Shown in pieces: positions 11,470 through 24,629 of a stretch of 64,000 bases of DNA. Source of the DNA: Eukaryota sp. GEM-RC1 (lineage: Eukaryota); contig JAUFOQ010000001.1 of assembly GCA_040285855.1 (NCBI GenBank), forward strand, positions 1,240,001 through 1,304,000, given 5' to 3'. Under the pieces are notes generated by a model. It saw only the letters and a program-made list of their open reading frames with translations. It made no database searches and was not told the origin of the DNA. The position numbers were made by a program, and so were the translations under genes. Position 1 is the stretch's first letter. Every line of letters begins with the position of its first letter.

Positions 11470-13717
11470 CACTCAGTTTGAATAATTTCATCTGGAAGAT
11501 AAAAGAAAATTGTGTTTCAAAAACCTCTGTTATTTACAATTAAAGAATACCATTAATATGGTATTAACAAGGGAGATACAGTACAAAATTCTCGCACCAT
11601 ACCAAATTCATGTTTCAATTCCATCAGAAGGTTTAAAATCGAATCAAACCAACTAAACAAGGCTTTAAAAATGAAAAATAACATTCTTTCTCTTCACTTG
11701 TGTTTTTACAAGTGATGTCGAAAACACTTCAACATGAGCAAATCATTACAGAAACTTTTATTAAAATTGTTCCAATGCTGTTTACACAATTTTATGAACG
11801 ACGTTAAAAGAAGTTGCCCAAAAAAACCAAACTTTCTGTTAAATGAAGTACGAATTGTGTGGACGAAAATTCAGCATGGTAACTTCAATACCGAGTGAAG
11901 TTTTCTATTTCAGCAGTTTCAACTTTGTACAGGCTATGTCAAAATTATATACATGAAAAGTCAAAAATGAATTTTGTTAACAGAAGTTGAGTTAGAATTT
12001 AGTCATTGTTGTATTGTTGTCAAATGCGTCCATTTCTGCGCACTGTGATAAATAGAACTATTTATCAAACTGATGTCTCTTTCCTGTGACATTTTTCGGG
12101 CTTCCAAACACCGGAAGCATGTTTGATACGGCATATCAAATAAATTTGGGGTAAATCTTCAAATCAAAATGCGTTGGTAGAAAAGATCCACAATGCGTTA
12201 AATTCACGAAAAATGGGCAGAATATGCGTTCTGGATATTTTGTAAAACTAGTAACACTGATCAAATCTGTTTTTCAAAATTGAAGCAATGTTCAGATATG
12301 TTTTTGAACAAAAATGTTTTTTATGAGATAAAGTCTGAAGTTCGGACTTTTGAATAGCTATAAAAGAATCATTGTATTGACATGTGAAGCAGCGTTATCC
12401 TAAGATACTCGCACATCACAAATTAATGATCTACAGCTGCTTCAAATTTAAAGGTCATTATTCGTCTCATTAAAGAAACACAATGGAAATCGGACAAAAT
12501 CGGAACACAATGAGCACATAGTAACCCTACAACCAAACGAACGTTTTCATTGAACAAAATGTAAATATATTAATATCACTTCCACTAATCAAAAACCGAG
12601 TGCAAATAATACATACAGATACCACCAATACCTTCGCAAACATTTCAAACACCTTATTGAAAATCCATTGAATTATTATTCTTACGAAGCGGTTTAGTGT
12701 CATAAACTAGTCTCTTTATAGACACATAATTTTCTAAAATTGTACATCAAATATTTTTAACAAGTAAACCTATGCAGCTTCGGTGAAATAGATTCATTCC
12801 GTTTCTTTAGTTTTCATCAGCTAAAAGAATATTGGTTCATGAGAAGATACTAATGTTTGATTTCACAGCAATTGTTACACTTAAAAACAGTTCCAAATGG
12901 AGAAATTCGTCAGTAAGCCATGTCTTCGCAATCTTAATCTTAAGGAACATTTAGATAAATCAATTAATCGTTAACATACTTATGTTCCTAGTCAATTTCC
13001 GAAAGATTGATTCTGATGACGTCGAAGTAGTGATGTCGATAACAGAAAAGAAAGCCAAACAACGTGTTCTTTGTTCTGTTGGTAGCGTCATGTTATTGCA
13101 ACTTGCAAGCAAGTTATGTAAGTGATTTTGAGAAAAGATTTCATTTATGAATCGTAGTCTATGAAATTGGTAACAAACAGTTGTTGTTCACATAGACGTC
13201 TTCAAAACTAGATTAATGGCTTTTAAGACTTCAAGAGTTGATCTGCACCTTATTCAGATCAAACAAATTAGACCCATAACTGGTTAATTGGTCAATTAAT
13301 TGATTGGGTCCAATGATCATCCAATAAGTATTGCAATTAATTGATTGACAATACTTGAGATTGGCAATTCAATTTGGATTACCCCTGTGAATATAATAAT
13401 GTAGTATTCCAGATGTGGACTTGACTAGTAAGCACAAATTCAATTAACAGAACAGAAAGAAAGTATCTTAATTTCAAATTCTTGTACATCAAAATGGCAA
13501 CATTCGCTAGGTGTAATGTCATGAATTACAAAGATGTATTTGAAACGGTCTCAATAAACATGAGTTCTCATTCACTGAAGGTTGAACAGTACTAACACAA
13601 ATAGAGTCGAAACAGCTCTCTCATCATCACGTTTACAACGAATGTAAACGTGATGGTACTTCATTGAGTTTCGAGGGGTACAATACTGAAATACATAAAC
13701 CGAATCCGCATTGTACC

Positions 13718-14569
13718 CAGGGACTGTCAAAAATATATTGCAATATATTGCACGACCAAAATGATTTGCAATACAGTATTGCAATACTGCAATATATTGC
13801 AATAATTGGTAGCAATATAAATATTGTTGACGAGAGTATTTATTGTCTAAATTCCACTGATAAACCATAAGAACATCATTAAGTGATATCTAATTTGAGC
13901 AGTTTCTGATTCACCGTCTTGTGAACCAATCTAATGTCCTAATACTCTCTAGTTACAGAGAGAAATAGTTGATTGGCAAAATTCCGTTTAGATAAGCAGT
14001 GTTTTGACAACACTTGCGCCATTCGAGCTCCACTGAAAAGTCGTTTTGCAACATTTATATGTTTCTGGAAAGAAATTTAATTCAATTTTTTTATTCGAGT
14101 TAAGACATCTTTAAACAGAGGAAACAGGTCCAGGACGTTCAGCAATTTCTTCAACTTCATCATCATCACTACTCACGTCATTTACTATCACAGAATTACA
14201 TTGATGGAGTTGAGTTCCGGGAGATAGTTGAATAGTAGGCTTTTGCCTTCTGTTTTCGAACGGGACTAGAATGATGCGTCATGTAAGATGATGTGAAGAA
14301 TGACATTAGGTTTACATTTGTTAGTCAGATCTGACAGATACTACTTACTTGTAGTATGGACTTTCAATTGTACACAGAATAATCACTGGTGTATTATGTT
14401 GCTAAAGAAGTCTCAAGTAACAGAAAAACATTGGTCAAAAAATATTGTTCAAAATTGAAATTATTGCAATATATTGCAATACCAAATGAGGCTGCAATAC
14501 AGTATTGCAATACACAATACACAATATTGCAATTATTGCAAAAGTGCAATATATTTTTGACAGTCCCTG
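13718..14569. mobile_element. hAT-type MITE
   Basis: 25-bp TIR CAGGGACTGTCAAAAATATATTGCA, 8-bp TSD ATTGTACC (13710-13717 and 14570-14577), ATTGCAATA subterminal repeats. Confidence 0.93.
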
Positions 14570-15210
14570 ATTGTACCATAACTGTAAAAAATGATTAGTC
14601 AAGTTGGAATGGGTCATTGACTGTAACAAACAACAACAACGGTCAATGTGATATCATGGGAGGTCTATCAACTGTGGAAAAATCAAACAGAAGTTTGTAT
14701 ATATACTCTCTAAGAACACTGTATAATTGATATTATATATTTAGATACAATCTAAATAAACAAAACTGACTAACTATACAAAAGACAAACACGACAATTA
14801 TTGTCGCGCGACACAACTATAACGAAAGGTCATAATTCTATGGTTGCTGAAGTTCAATCACTAGGAAACCCACATGCCGGAAGATAATGATCTGAGGGAA
14901 TTTTTTCTTCATAAATACTTTGGATGACTTTTTGGACTTTTCGAATAATCTTGCTAACATTGCCGTTCAATGGTTTCAATACATTATCATCACTGAATTG
15001 TAGTTAGTTCAAAGTTTCCTGAAAAGAGATACAGATGTTTCGGTATATTGATATGGGGGATCCACTGCTTGTTAATATACTTTACGATAGAGTGGTCCAT
15101 AAAGAGCTTACCGACTATTTCGCTCCAATTTCTGTATCAAAAGCTTTTTGACTCTCAGCATGGGCCAAACAATGGAGAATAGAGTTGAATTCTTCCATGT
15201 CTTCAAATAA

Positions 15211-15400
15211 TCAAAGCTGTCTGGCTTTACATTCTACATTTTTAAAAATGTGCCATAAACATAAGAGATGACAACTTCTTGGAAGTTCGATTTCTATGGC
15301 ATTGCATAACGCTAAGGCGCGTTCGGTAAGATAAACAGGACTGTCATTCTCAAGATTGAAAACTGACTTTAGCACATTCAGAACCCATCGGAAAAATGCC
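15211..15400 (-). pseudogene. MULE/Mutator transposase fragment
   Basis: VYLTERALALCNAIEIELPRSCHLLCLWHIFKNV matches the MULE core pattern (TDR..AL.NA....FP...H.LC.WH..KN). Confidence 0.75.
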
Positions 15401-15657
15401 CACTGTTGAAGACAGTCAACAAGCTCGTCTTTAGTATCAAACACAAACAAGGGAGGAACAATTGCTAAGGGGGGAACTGGGGCAGACATAAGAAAGACCA
15501 ATTACAGAAGAAACAGAATTAAAGAACGGGATGAAACTTCAAACATCATCAATAATTGCCGTGTTTGTGTTTTGTGCATTTAGTCAGTTTTGTGAATTTA
15601 TGTATATTTAGTTGTATATTTAGAGTACCCCTATTTTTAAATGGTTTATTGTTCAGA

Positions 15658-17927
15658 TTATTCTGGTTTATGCACCTGCTTATGCTGTTCATGTTGTAAC
15701 GCTACGAATACATCCTGAGTGGCATTGGTTACGTGATCCTTTACTAATTCTTCCAACTTAACTTCTCCCCCAATTTCTGGTTGTGTGGAAGAGCAGTTCA
15801 ACACTCTAATGACTACTTCCTGTAAAGTAGGGTCTTCAGGATTCATCTTGACGAAAGCCAGAGATTCAGACAGCAATTGTCCAAATGTAGTTTCAGGAGT
15901 AGCAAATACATAACAAGGATGTGAAAAGTATTGCACCCATCCCTTTGTAGCATGATGGTAAACTGTTGGAGCAATCATATGACGAATAAGAATAGGCGTA
16001 AAAAAGTTGGGACAGGTGCTGTGAGGAATTGTACATAAAGATTAGCCAAATTACTAGGGATATTAGAGCTATCATCTAGCAACTCGAACTTCTGTCCAAC
16101 AGACACCTGACGAGCAACATAGGGCTCAGTGTACTCATGGAACATAATCATTTTTGATGGACGAACGTCATCCGATTGTAAGCCAAAGGCAGTTCTGACA
16201 CTTTCTCTTAGATTGACGACTAAACATTCCTTAGGGACCCAAAGTGATTGACCTTCAGCTTGATAATAGGAAACTTGCCTTTTAGTGAAATCACCAACTC
16301 TGATTACTGTAATGTTCTTCATATGATCTTCCATATCACGTGCAAAAGGTAAAGCTTTCACATAAAGGTGAGTTCCAATAGTATCTGAAAATTTGGATTT
16401 TAAAATTGATCGAAGATCTGGAGTTTCAGAAGGAGAAGTCGACATTACAGAAGGACAGTGATATTGACGGGATGAGTAATTAGCTGGAGAATGGAAAATC
16501 AAATTCTCAGCAGGATGACGTTTCAAATCATCAAAAGAGCTCACCAAGGTTTCAGCAACTTCTTGATAAGTCAAGGTTAAATCCAAACAAATAGTCCCAA
16601 GCTTTGTTTCTTTTCTACTATAAACAGAAGGTCCTGTGGAGTGTAACAAAATAACTTGTAGGTTGTGTTGTTGACATTTAGCAGTATAGAACTGTTCTAG
16701 AGTTGGGGATTCGTTACCTTTTTGACAGAGTGAAGAGGGCAAAATAGGAAGTCTGACAACCTTTGTTTGAACTGAATTTGACAATCTAGTTCACATCTCC
16801 ACAGCTTCTACTTCCAATTGTTCAACCTTTTGTTGTAGATCTACCACCTCTTTTGATAACGAGTCATTACTGCTCTTCAAACGGTCAATTTCAAAGTCCT
16901 GTGATTTAGAATGATCTTTAAACCACGAAAGTTCTTCAAAACACTGAGAAATATCTATCTGAGGATGCGCAGGAAATTCCAAATTATTTAGAATACTTAA
17001 AATTTCTACTACTTGAGGACGATTTGAAGGAGTGACAGCCATACACTTAGTAATGATATTCTTCACAGTCATTGGTATAGAATCATCAAAAACAAAAGGG
17101 ACCTCCTTGATCTTAGCTCCGACCAATCAGACTAAGGACAAACCCTTAAAGGCAAGTTGATTGGAAAAGAGTTCATACAGCACGATTCCAAGGGCATAAA
17201 CGTCACTCATGGGGGAAAACTCGCCATCGAACTGTTCCGGCGCAGCGTATTTGTGAGTAATGGCAGAGCTACGGGTGAAAGTACAGGTTGCAGAAATGTT
17301 TCTAGATGTACCAAAATCAGCGATTCTAACTTTACCATCTACCAATAGAATGTTTGCTGGCTTAAGATCTCCATGTACAACGGATTTAGAGTGGAGGAAC
17401 TTGACAGCTTGGCATAGTTGTATAGCATATTGAACAGTTTCATAAGAGATAACATTTGGAGTGGGAAGCGAGGAAGAGGCTTTCTCCATAACAATGCCAA
17501 TCTTGTCATTGAAGAAGGTAAGTCCAAAGACACGTAGTATACCGGGATGGTTAAGTTGTAGGAGAAAATTGAGTTCTTTTTGGAGCTTGAGACGTCCTTC
17601 TTCAGTCAGTGATATCATTTTAACGGCTATGGGTAGCTGGAACCATTCGGCAGCATAGACTTCAGCAAATCCACCTTTGGCGATCTCTTCACCGAGAACA
17701 ATTTCAGATTCATCGATTTTAGGGCATAGGTCTCCCTGTCTAGTCGCTTCAACGATCCCTCTCAGTGCAAAATTGATTTGTCTTCCCTCTAGACAAGGGA
17801 TACGACATAGAGGACAGTTGTTCAAAAGTTCAGAACACGAGGAGCAAACAGTGTGACCGTTATTACAGATCAGTAAAGGGAGATGTTCAGCAAGATCGAA
17901 AGGTTCACAGCAAGATAAGCATTCCAT
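15658..17927 (-). CDS. RING finger - TKL-like protein kinase - coiled coil - USP7-like C-terminal UBL region (2 in-frame TGA and 1 frameshift; possible pseudogene)
   Basis: RING C..C...CNNGHTVC..C......CPLC. Kinase GGFAEVY, IAVK, HGDLKPAN, DFG, YAAPE, DVYALG. ORFs 17127.., 16791.. and 15975.. are in one frame separated by TGA. The tail (LTYQEVAETL; YHH..FSHP..ETTFGQL..VALQH) resembles the USP7 C-terminal UBLs by eye. Confidence 0.75.
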
Positions 17928-18242
17928 TAAGACGAAGGGAGATTTGGACTTGACAATTTCAATTTCTTGTGCAACTCTTTTTATAGAAGCATTAGGATAA
18001 CCAACCTAAATCAGTTATTATGTATGGTATGACTTTGTATAACGTAACATCTTAGATTAATAAATTCCAAGCGTTTGTGTACTTAAGTTGTGTTGGCCAC
18101 AGGTGTTATGATGTGGCAGTGTTGAAGTATGGTGTTGCCATTTATAAAATATATTATCCTTTCCCCTTGCATGTCTACCTATTCAGGTATCAATAATTAT
18201 TGTCCTTCTCGTGGTAGAAGCGACGAAGATTCGACAGCTCGT

Positions 18243-21200
18243 ATGAGTCCTCGAACTGAAGATCCCTCGACAGCTTCTAGAAGCCCTCGAGATGAAGGAG
18301 AAGCGACAACCATGTTTGGTCCTCGCATTCGAAGTCCTTCTGGTTCCCCACCTGGTTCCAGAGGAGATGAAGCTCCATTGAAAGATTCCCAGACAACCAA
18401 TCCTGGTCCTCTGGATGATTCCCAGACAACCTCTCAAGGTCCTCTGGATGGTTATATTTCCCAAACAACCCCTCAAGGTGCTTTGGACGAATCAACTCCC
18501 AAACAACCCCTCAAGGTGCTTTGGATGTCGCTGCAAACCAGACAACCTCTCACGGTCCTCTGGCTGGTTCCTCTGTCGTATCCCCCTGACGTCGTTCAAA
18601 TTGAAGATTTGTCACGGGAGGAAGAACGTGAGTTCCATAAACTACGTCTCGAAGCAACGCAGAAAGAACTAAAAGCTGCAGCCGACAAGGTCAACACGTT
18701 GTTATATGCCAAACCTACTCATGGTTGGGCTATTCAGTCCCATAAACATATGATCGACGAGGAGCGCAGGAGATATAACAATGCAGAGAAGGCAAAGCTA
18801 GTCCAACGCCAGTTCCCCGAGTCATCTCGAAACCCGCAAAATTGGCACAGAGCAGCGATACCGAATGAGCTCATTCCGTTCGCCAGTAGCCAGGACTCGC
18901 TCATTGGAATTGACGATCGCCAACTGTGGCAAATGGCCAAGTTCGATCCCTTCAATGTGCTCCTTCGTCAAAGATTGAAGGAATCCAAGCACTTCCTAAT
19001 CAGAAATGTACCTCCTATGACTCCCCCAGAAGTAATCACTCGTTACCTTGCAGGTAAGTTTGACCCACGTCGCGGGGACACATATAGATTTCCCGTTAGT
19101 GAATCCTGGGATCCAGCTCATGGAATCTCAGTCGAACCACTGATGGAAACGGTTCATCCATCCGGACAGAGTTTGGTATATGAGTACCCAGCATGGTACC
19201 AATACAGCTTGTCCACTAAGAAAGCTGCATGCAAAGATGTTGCAATAAGCACAGCGTGGCTTCCCGAAACCCCCGTATACGACAACTTACCTCCTGGCAA
19301 ATCGTCGGAGCAAGTTTATAGTATTATGCCCCCACTAGATATGGAACAATCGTCCCTTTCGGAATGAGAGGTGACCAATTGATCGATCCTACTGAGGGTT
19401 CTAATAAAAGGGAACGGCAAATCCATGCTGCCCTGCATGATGACCGCGAACTTCTTGATTCAACGAAACTTCCGTCTCAAGAAGAATATCCAGGTCAAAG
19501 CAAACGCCCTGAAACAGTGATCGTTTACAAAATTCTGGACCGAACCTTGGGTACAACTGAGGAAATCAAGAAGTCCGAATTCGACGAACTCACTCGTCAG
19601 GAAAGTAGTGCTTCTTCGAGAGATCCCTTGACAACAAGTCAACTGGAGAAAACTCCAAGAGTGAAACAGAAGAAAAGAACTACTGTTCTACGTTCACCGT
19701 CACTATCACCGACACCACCCGGATACAGACCTCCAGTGTATAGTCCTAGTCCTGCTTCAGCACGAAAAGAATTCGAACGCCAACAAGAAGAATGGAAACG
19801 CCGAGAAGAGAGTCGTCGAGAGCCATCCCCATCTGAACCCGAGGAACCAAGCTCCTCCGAAGAAGACCAAGGAACATCTCATCTGACCTCCTCTGCTATC
19901 TCTGGTCGTGGTCACCCCAAAACGTCTAAATCGACTTTAAAATCTAAAAACAAATTCCGTCCAAAAACTCTAGACAGTGAGGACCCGAAGAAAATTTTAA
20001 ATTTTATCTTAGATTTCACGTACTGGTCAAAAGAAATTCGTGGTCAAGGTGATGGCCCCTATTCTACTGAGTTAGGTGAACCTGTACATGGCTTCGACCT
20101 AGTACGCACTTCTCTCAAGGAAGTAGACCCATCTGAATGTTCTAAGTTTATTAGCACAGAACTGGTTTACTCCTGGAGAATGCTGAATGAATTGGAGATG
20201 GAAGGTACGAGTGATGAGAAACTTTGGTTATACATCCTTCTACTGACTCAATTTCCATCCTCTTCGACGGCTATCCAGGCCCTCAAGAGAGTTCAGTGCA
20301 CTCTTAGCCAAGAGCCCACTCAAGCAATCAATGCCTATTTGAAAGGTGTGATTACAATCATTCAACGGTCAACTGCTGTTCCCACAGTCCACCAACACGA
20401 ACGCAAACATGTCCCCGCAAACCTAATTGCCGACGTCATGTTAAAGAAGTTAGATCCCCAAGGTGAATCATCCCTATTAACGGATCTGAAAATTCATTGG
20501 GTTGATCGTCTCACTTCTAGAGACAATCAGTACGAATTGCCTCAGTTCATTAATGAACTCAAGGCCGCGTACATTGATTGGAAACGCTCTTCCGCTACTG
20601 TTAGCACGTCTCGCCCAACTGAAAAGCCCGCCGAAAGACGACAACACAGAGGCTCCAAGAAAAGAGATCAATCTCAGGACCAAAGAAGAGGTCCCAGAGA
20701 CGAAGTCGTTTGATACAATTGTAACAAGAAGGGTCATCTTGCCAAAGACTGCCGCTCAAAGAAAGCAGAGCAACCCCAACGACAACACAAACGTAGAGCT
20801 GGTGACGATAGAAGTTCAAAAAAATCAAATAAAGATAGTAACTACATTTTTCAACTTAACAAAATCGACAACACCCCTCTAGAATATTCAAACCCCATAG
20901 CGTCCTTAGACTCACTGGGTAGTGGTAACAAAATAAACAGCTTACAGAACCTAGGGGTCGATGATAGTGGAAAAGGGTCCCTATCTTTTCGACTGTTGAT
21001 CAACAATGTGCCAGTAACCGGCGAATTTGACACAGCTGCAACATGCTCTGTCATTACACAAGATTTAGCCCGTCTCTGTGAGAATGGATATGATCGATGA
21101 CAGCATCGATTACCTTTCAGCGAATAATATTCGTGCAACATCCCTGGGGAGTGCAATTGGTACACTGACGTTCAACGTCGGGAGTCTGGCCAACAACGTT

Positions 21201-24200
21201 CACATGAAGCACTGTCTTCCTATAATTCCTGGTACCGGAATATTTTTAATAGGACGTGACCTGCTTAACGAACTTGGACTCCTGACGGATGATGGTTTAG
21301 TCATTCAACTAGACAAAGAGCACCGCACTATCCTGAACGCAGAGAGTGAATTTGACGCAAGGATGATAACTCCTCCAAATTCCATCGGGAATCAATCAAT
21401 TTTGAATGTTTCTAACGATGTGAACGGCGACTCTCAATCAAATCCAAACTCAGGTTCCGATTTTGAACGATTCATAGATGATTCTGGCTGTATCATTCGT
21501 CTTGACGACACCACTCGAAGAGAGACATTGCTGAAAACACTAAGTGAGTACGCAGACGTTTTTTCAGAAGACATTGACCCCGATGGCATAGACTGCTCTC
21601 CGATGTCAATCCCCTTCTATGACGAAAACGTCACTGTCTTTCGTCCTCCCCGGAAGCTAAATCCCACAAAACAACGGGTAGCCGAGGAGATTTTTAATGA
21701 ATTAATACGTAAAGGATGGGCCGTACCATCAAACGGAAAGTTCAGCAGTCCCATAGTCTTGGTCGTCTACAATGACCACCGCAAGCCTCGTTTAACTGGA
21801 GATTTCAGTGGACTTGATGGGATCAATGCTAATACCAAACCTGTGAAGCCGAACCTTCCAAGGATTTGCGATACCCTGGAGTTCCTATCGAAAGCAAATT
21901 TCATAGGAACACTCGACCTCCCAAAAGCCTTCTGGCAGCTAAAAGTAGCTGACGAGGACGTCAATAAGACCACTCTGTCTATTCCAGGTATGTCAATTAG
22001 CTTCAAACGAGCATGTTTTGGTTTAAAGAATGTACCTGCAATCTTCCAAAACATCATGATGGAAATCTTCAGTTGTGAAGGTGTGTTCATTTATATCGAC
22101 GATATAATTGTCATTGGCAACACCTTCGAAGAGTTTCTTTCAAGAATCGCAAACGTACTTGAACGCGCCAGACGTTACCGAGTACGGTTTGGCTTAAAGA
22201 AGTGTCATTTCACGACTTCAAGTCATAAAATAAAGATTCTAGGCAGCGACTTTGTGAACAAAACCCGTCACATTGACGAGAGTAGGGTCTCGGCTTTAAA
22301 GAGTCTACCGTCCCCCAAGACACTTCCTGAGGTTCGAAGTCTCATTGGCGCGTTGAATTACATCCGTGATTGGATTCCGAATTTCTCGGACCTGATGTCA
22401 CCGATTATTAAACTAACCAGAGACAAACCAAAGAAGATTTACTGGACAGACGAACATGAAAACTTATTAAACGAAATAAAACGGTTGATAATCAATAACA
22501 TGGCTCTAGACTTACCTGACGAAGATAAGAACATTATCATATCGACAGACGCATCGGACATCGCCGTAGGAGGAGTCATCTGGCAGGAAGAAAACCCCCA
22601 GCTCCACCCGGCACTCCACTGAAGGATCGCAAGGTAAAACCGGTATCCTTCTATAGCCGACTCCTTAACGACAGTCAGCAAAATTGGTCAGCTATCCAGA
22701 AAGAGCTGTACGCAATCTTGTTGATTCTGACTGAATCAAACCTAGAAAGCTTCCTCATAAGTAGACACTTGGTGATCTTCACTGATCACAGGAACCTTTC
22801 CTTTCTCATATCCGCTCCAGAAAAGAATAGGATCGTAAAACGTTGGATCCCCATCTTATCCGAGTTTAGTTTTGAGATTGAACACGTTGCAGGAGAAGAC
22901 AACCACTGGGCTGACATGCTCTCTCGCGTTATTGACCGCAATCCAGTGGAAACAATCAAATCAGTAAATCTGATTGAACGCCACACCGAGGATCACATCA
23001 CACTCAATCGTAATGATTTGAGATATGATGAAGCCAACTACATCGAGTCTCAACCACATGACAACTCAGTTTATGTAATTAGCAACCTCCGTGAACTTTC
23101 AACAGATGGCAAGTTGCCCCTGTTCAACTCATGGCTATCAACCATCAGAGCTGAGCAGCTAACGGCAATAAAAGCAAAAGACACTTTATTCACAAAAGCT
23201 AACCTTTGTCCTAAGAGCAAGACTTACGTTAACAGCAAGAATAAGATACTGATACCGTCGAGCTTACGTAAGAAAGTCCTCTACATGCTCCACGGACTCG
23301 TCCAGTCTGGTCACCCTAACTTGAAAAATAGTTTGGAAAAGCTGTTCAATAGTGGCTACTTTTGGCCTAGCATGAAGGTTGACATGATCAACCACGTGAA
23401 TCGATGTCCATCCTGTCAGAAAACGGCACCTGTCCGTAAACTGGCAATTGAGCCGACGGGTTCTCTATGGGCTAATCGACCTTTTGCAAGACTTAACGTC
23501 GACACAATAGGACCTCTGCCAAAAGATCAAAATGGAAACCAGTTTCTACTGGTATTTGTTGACTCGTTCAGCAGATACACCATTTTAAGCCCCCTCGAGG
23601 ATCTGAATAGCACTGAAGTAGCATATCGCCTGGTTTGGGATGTAATAGCTATTTTTGGTATACCGTTCTGTATCCATAGTGATAACGGCAAGGAGTTTGC
23701 TAACGCTACATTCGAGGCAGTTTGCAACCTACTGGCCATTGAAGTCAGTCGATCGATTCCTCATTTCTCTCAGAGTAATGGTCTGGTGGAACGACGACAT
23801 AGAGACGTGCTGCAAAGTCTACGCCGTCTTCTTGTCGATTTCAATGATTACGACAATTGGTCAACATACATTCCTTCGGTTCAGCTCCAAATCAATTCAA
23901 CTAAGAGTAGTGTAACGGGACATTCCCCCCTACGAGTTGATGTTTGGTAGCGACATAAGCCCAGGTGCAGACCCCGGTACTATGTTAAAAGCGATCGAAT
24001 GTTCCACTTCGGAAATTTCGTTCATCGACGACATGGCTCTGAAACTGAAACGCCTTAAAGAAAAGAGAGAAAAGGCAGGGGCTCGACAATCGAGTAAGGC
24101 TCCTTCTAAGAAATCTCAACCTAATCCCTTTAAGGCAGGGGACCTTGTGCTCAAGGCAACTAAGTCATCCAAGCTACATGGTAGTTATTGTGGACCATTC

Positions 24201-24629
24201 TTAGTAATGTCAATTGATTCCAATACTTCCATGTCTATCAAGAATTTGATCACTGGTCACGTTGGTAAAGCAAGCATCCATCAATGCAAGATCTATCAGA
24301 CAGATTTACCCAATGATGATGAGCTTCACAAGGCTGTTGCTTCGGGTGATACTGAAGAACATATCTTGGTCAAAGTCCTTGATCGATATGATACCCCTGA
24401 AGGCGAGTATTGCACAGTAGTCTGGTTTGGTGGCGAACACTCAGTAGTTCCCCTAAAAGACATCACGAATACGAAAGCATACTCAGAGTTTATTAAATTA
24501 AATAGTAATAGTAGTAATGACTCCACTGTCCACAGGCCTAAGAAGAAAAGAGTATCCAGCGAGCAATCTCAGAAAGCTAAGTCACCTGTAGCCAAGAGAA
24601 CAAGGAACTCGAAAAGAGAGAAGAGGTAG
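18243..24629 (+). CDS. Gag-Pol polyprotein of element 1 (broken by homopolymer indels and one TGA)
   Basis: Zinc knuckle *YNCNKKGHLAKDC, protease GEFDTAATCSVI, RT LDLPKAFWQ/FGLKN/YIDD, RNase H TDAS..TDH, integrase H..C..C, VDTIGP, SDNGKEF, NGLVERRH, and a chromo-like C-terminus. Start codon uncertain. Confidence 0.9.
18385..18565 (+). repeat. Degenerate 33-39 bp tandem repeat in gag N-terminus (SQTTxQGPLD)
   Basis: About 5 copies of CCCAGACAACCTCTCAAGGTCCTCTGGA-like units. Confidence 0.8.

Noticed and set aside
11930..13387. Possible further hAT element ending ...GGATTACCCCTG with CAATT repeats
   Set aside because: I could not identify a matching left TIR or TSD.
18186..18192. GGTATCA as an initiator-Met tRNA PBS
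   Set aside because: It lies inside the LTR (present in both LTR copies), lacks the leading T and is not followed by GAGC.
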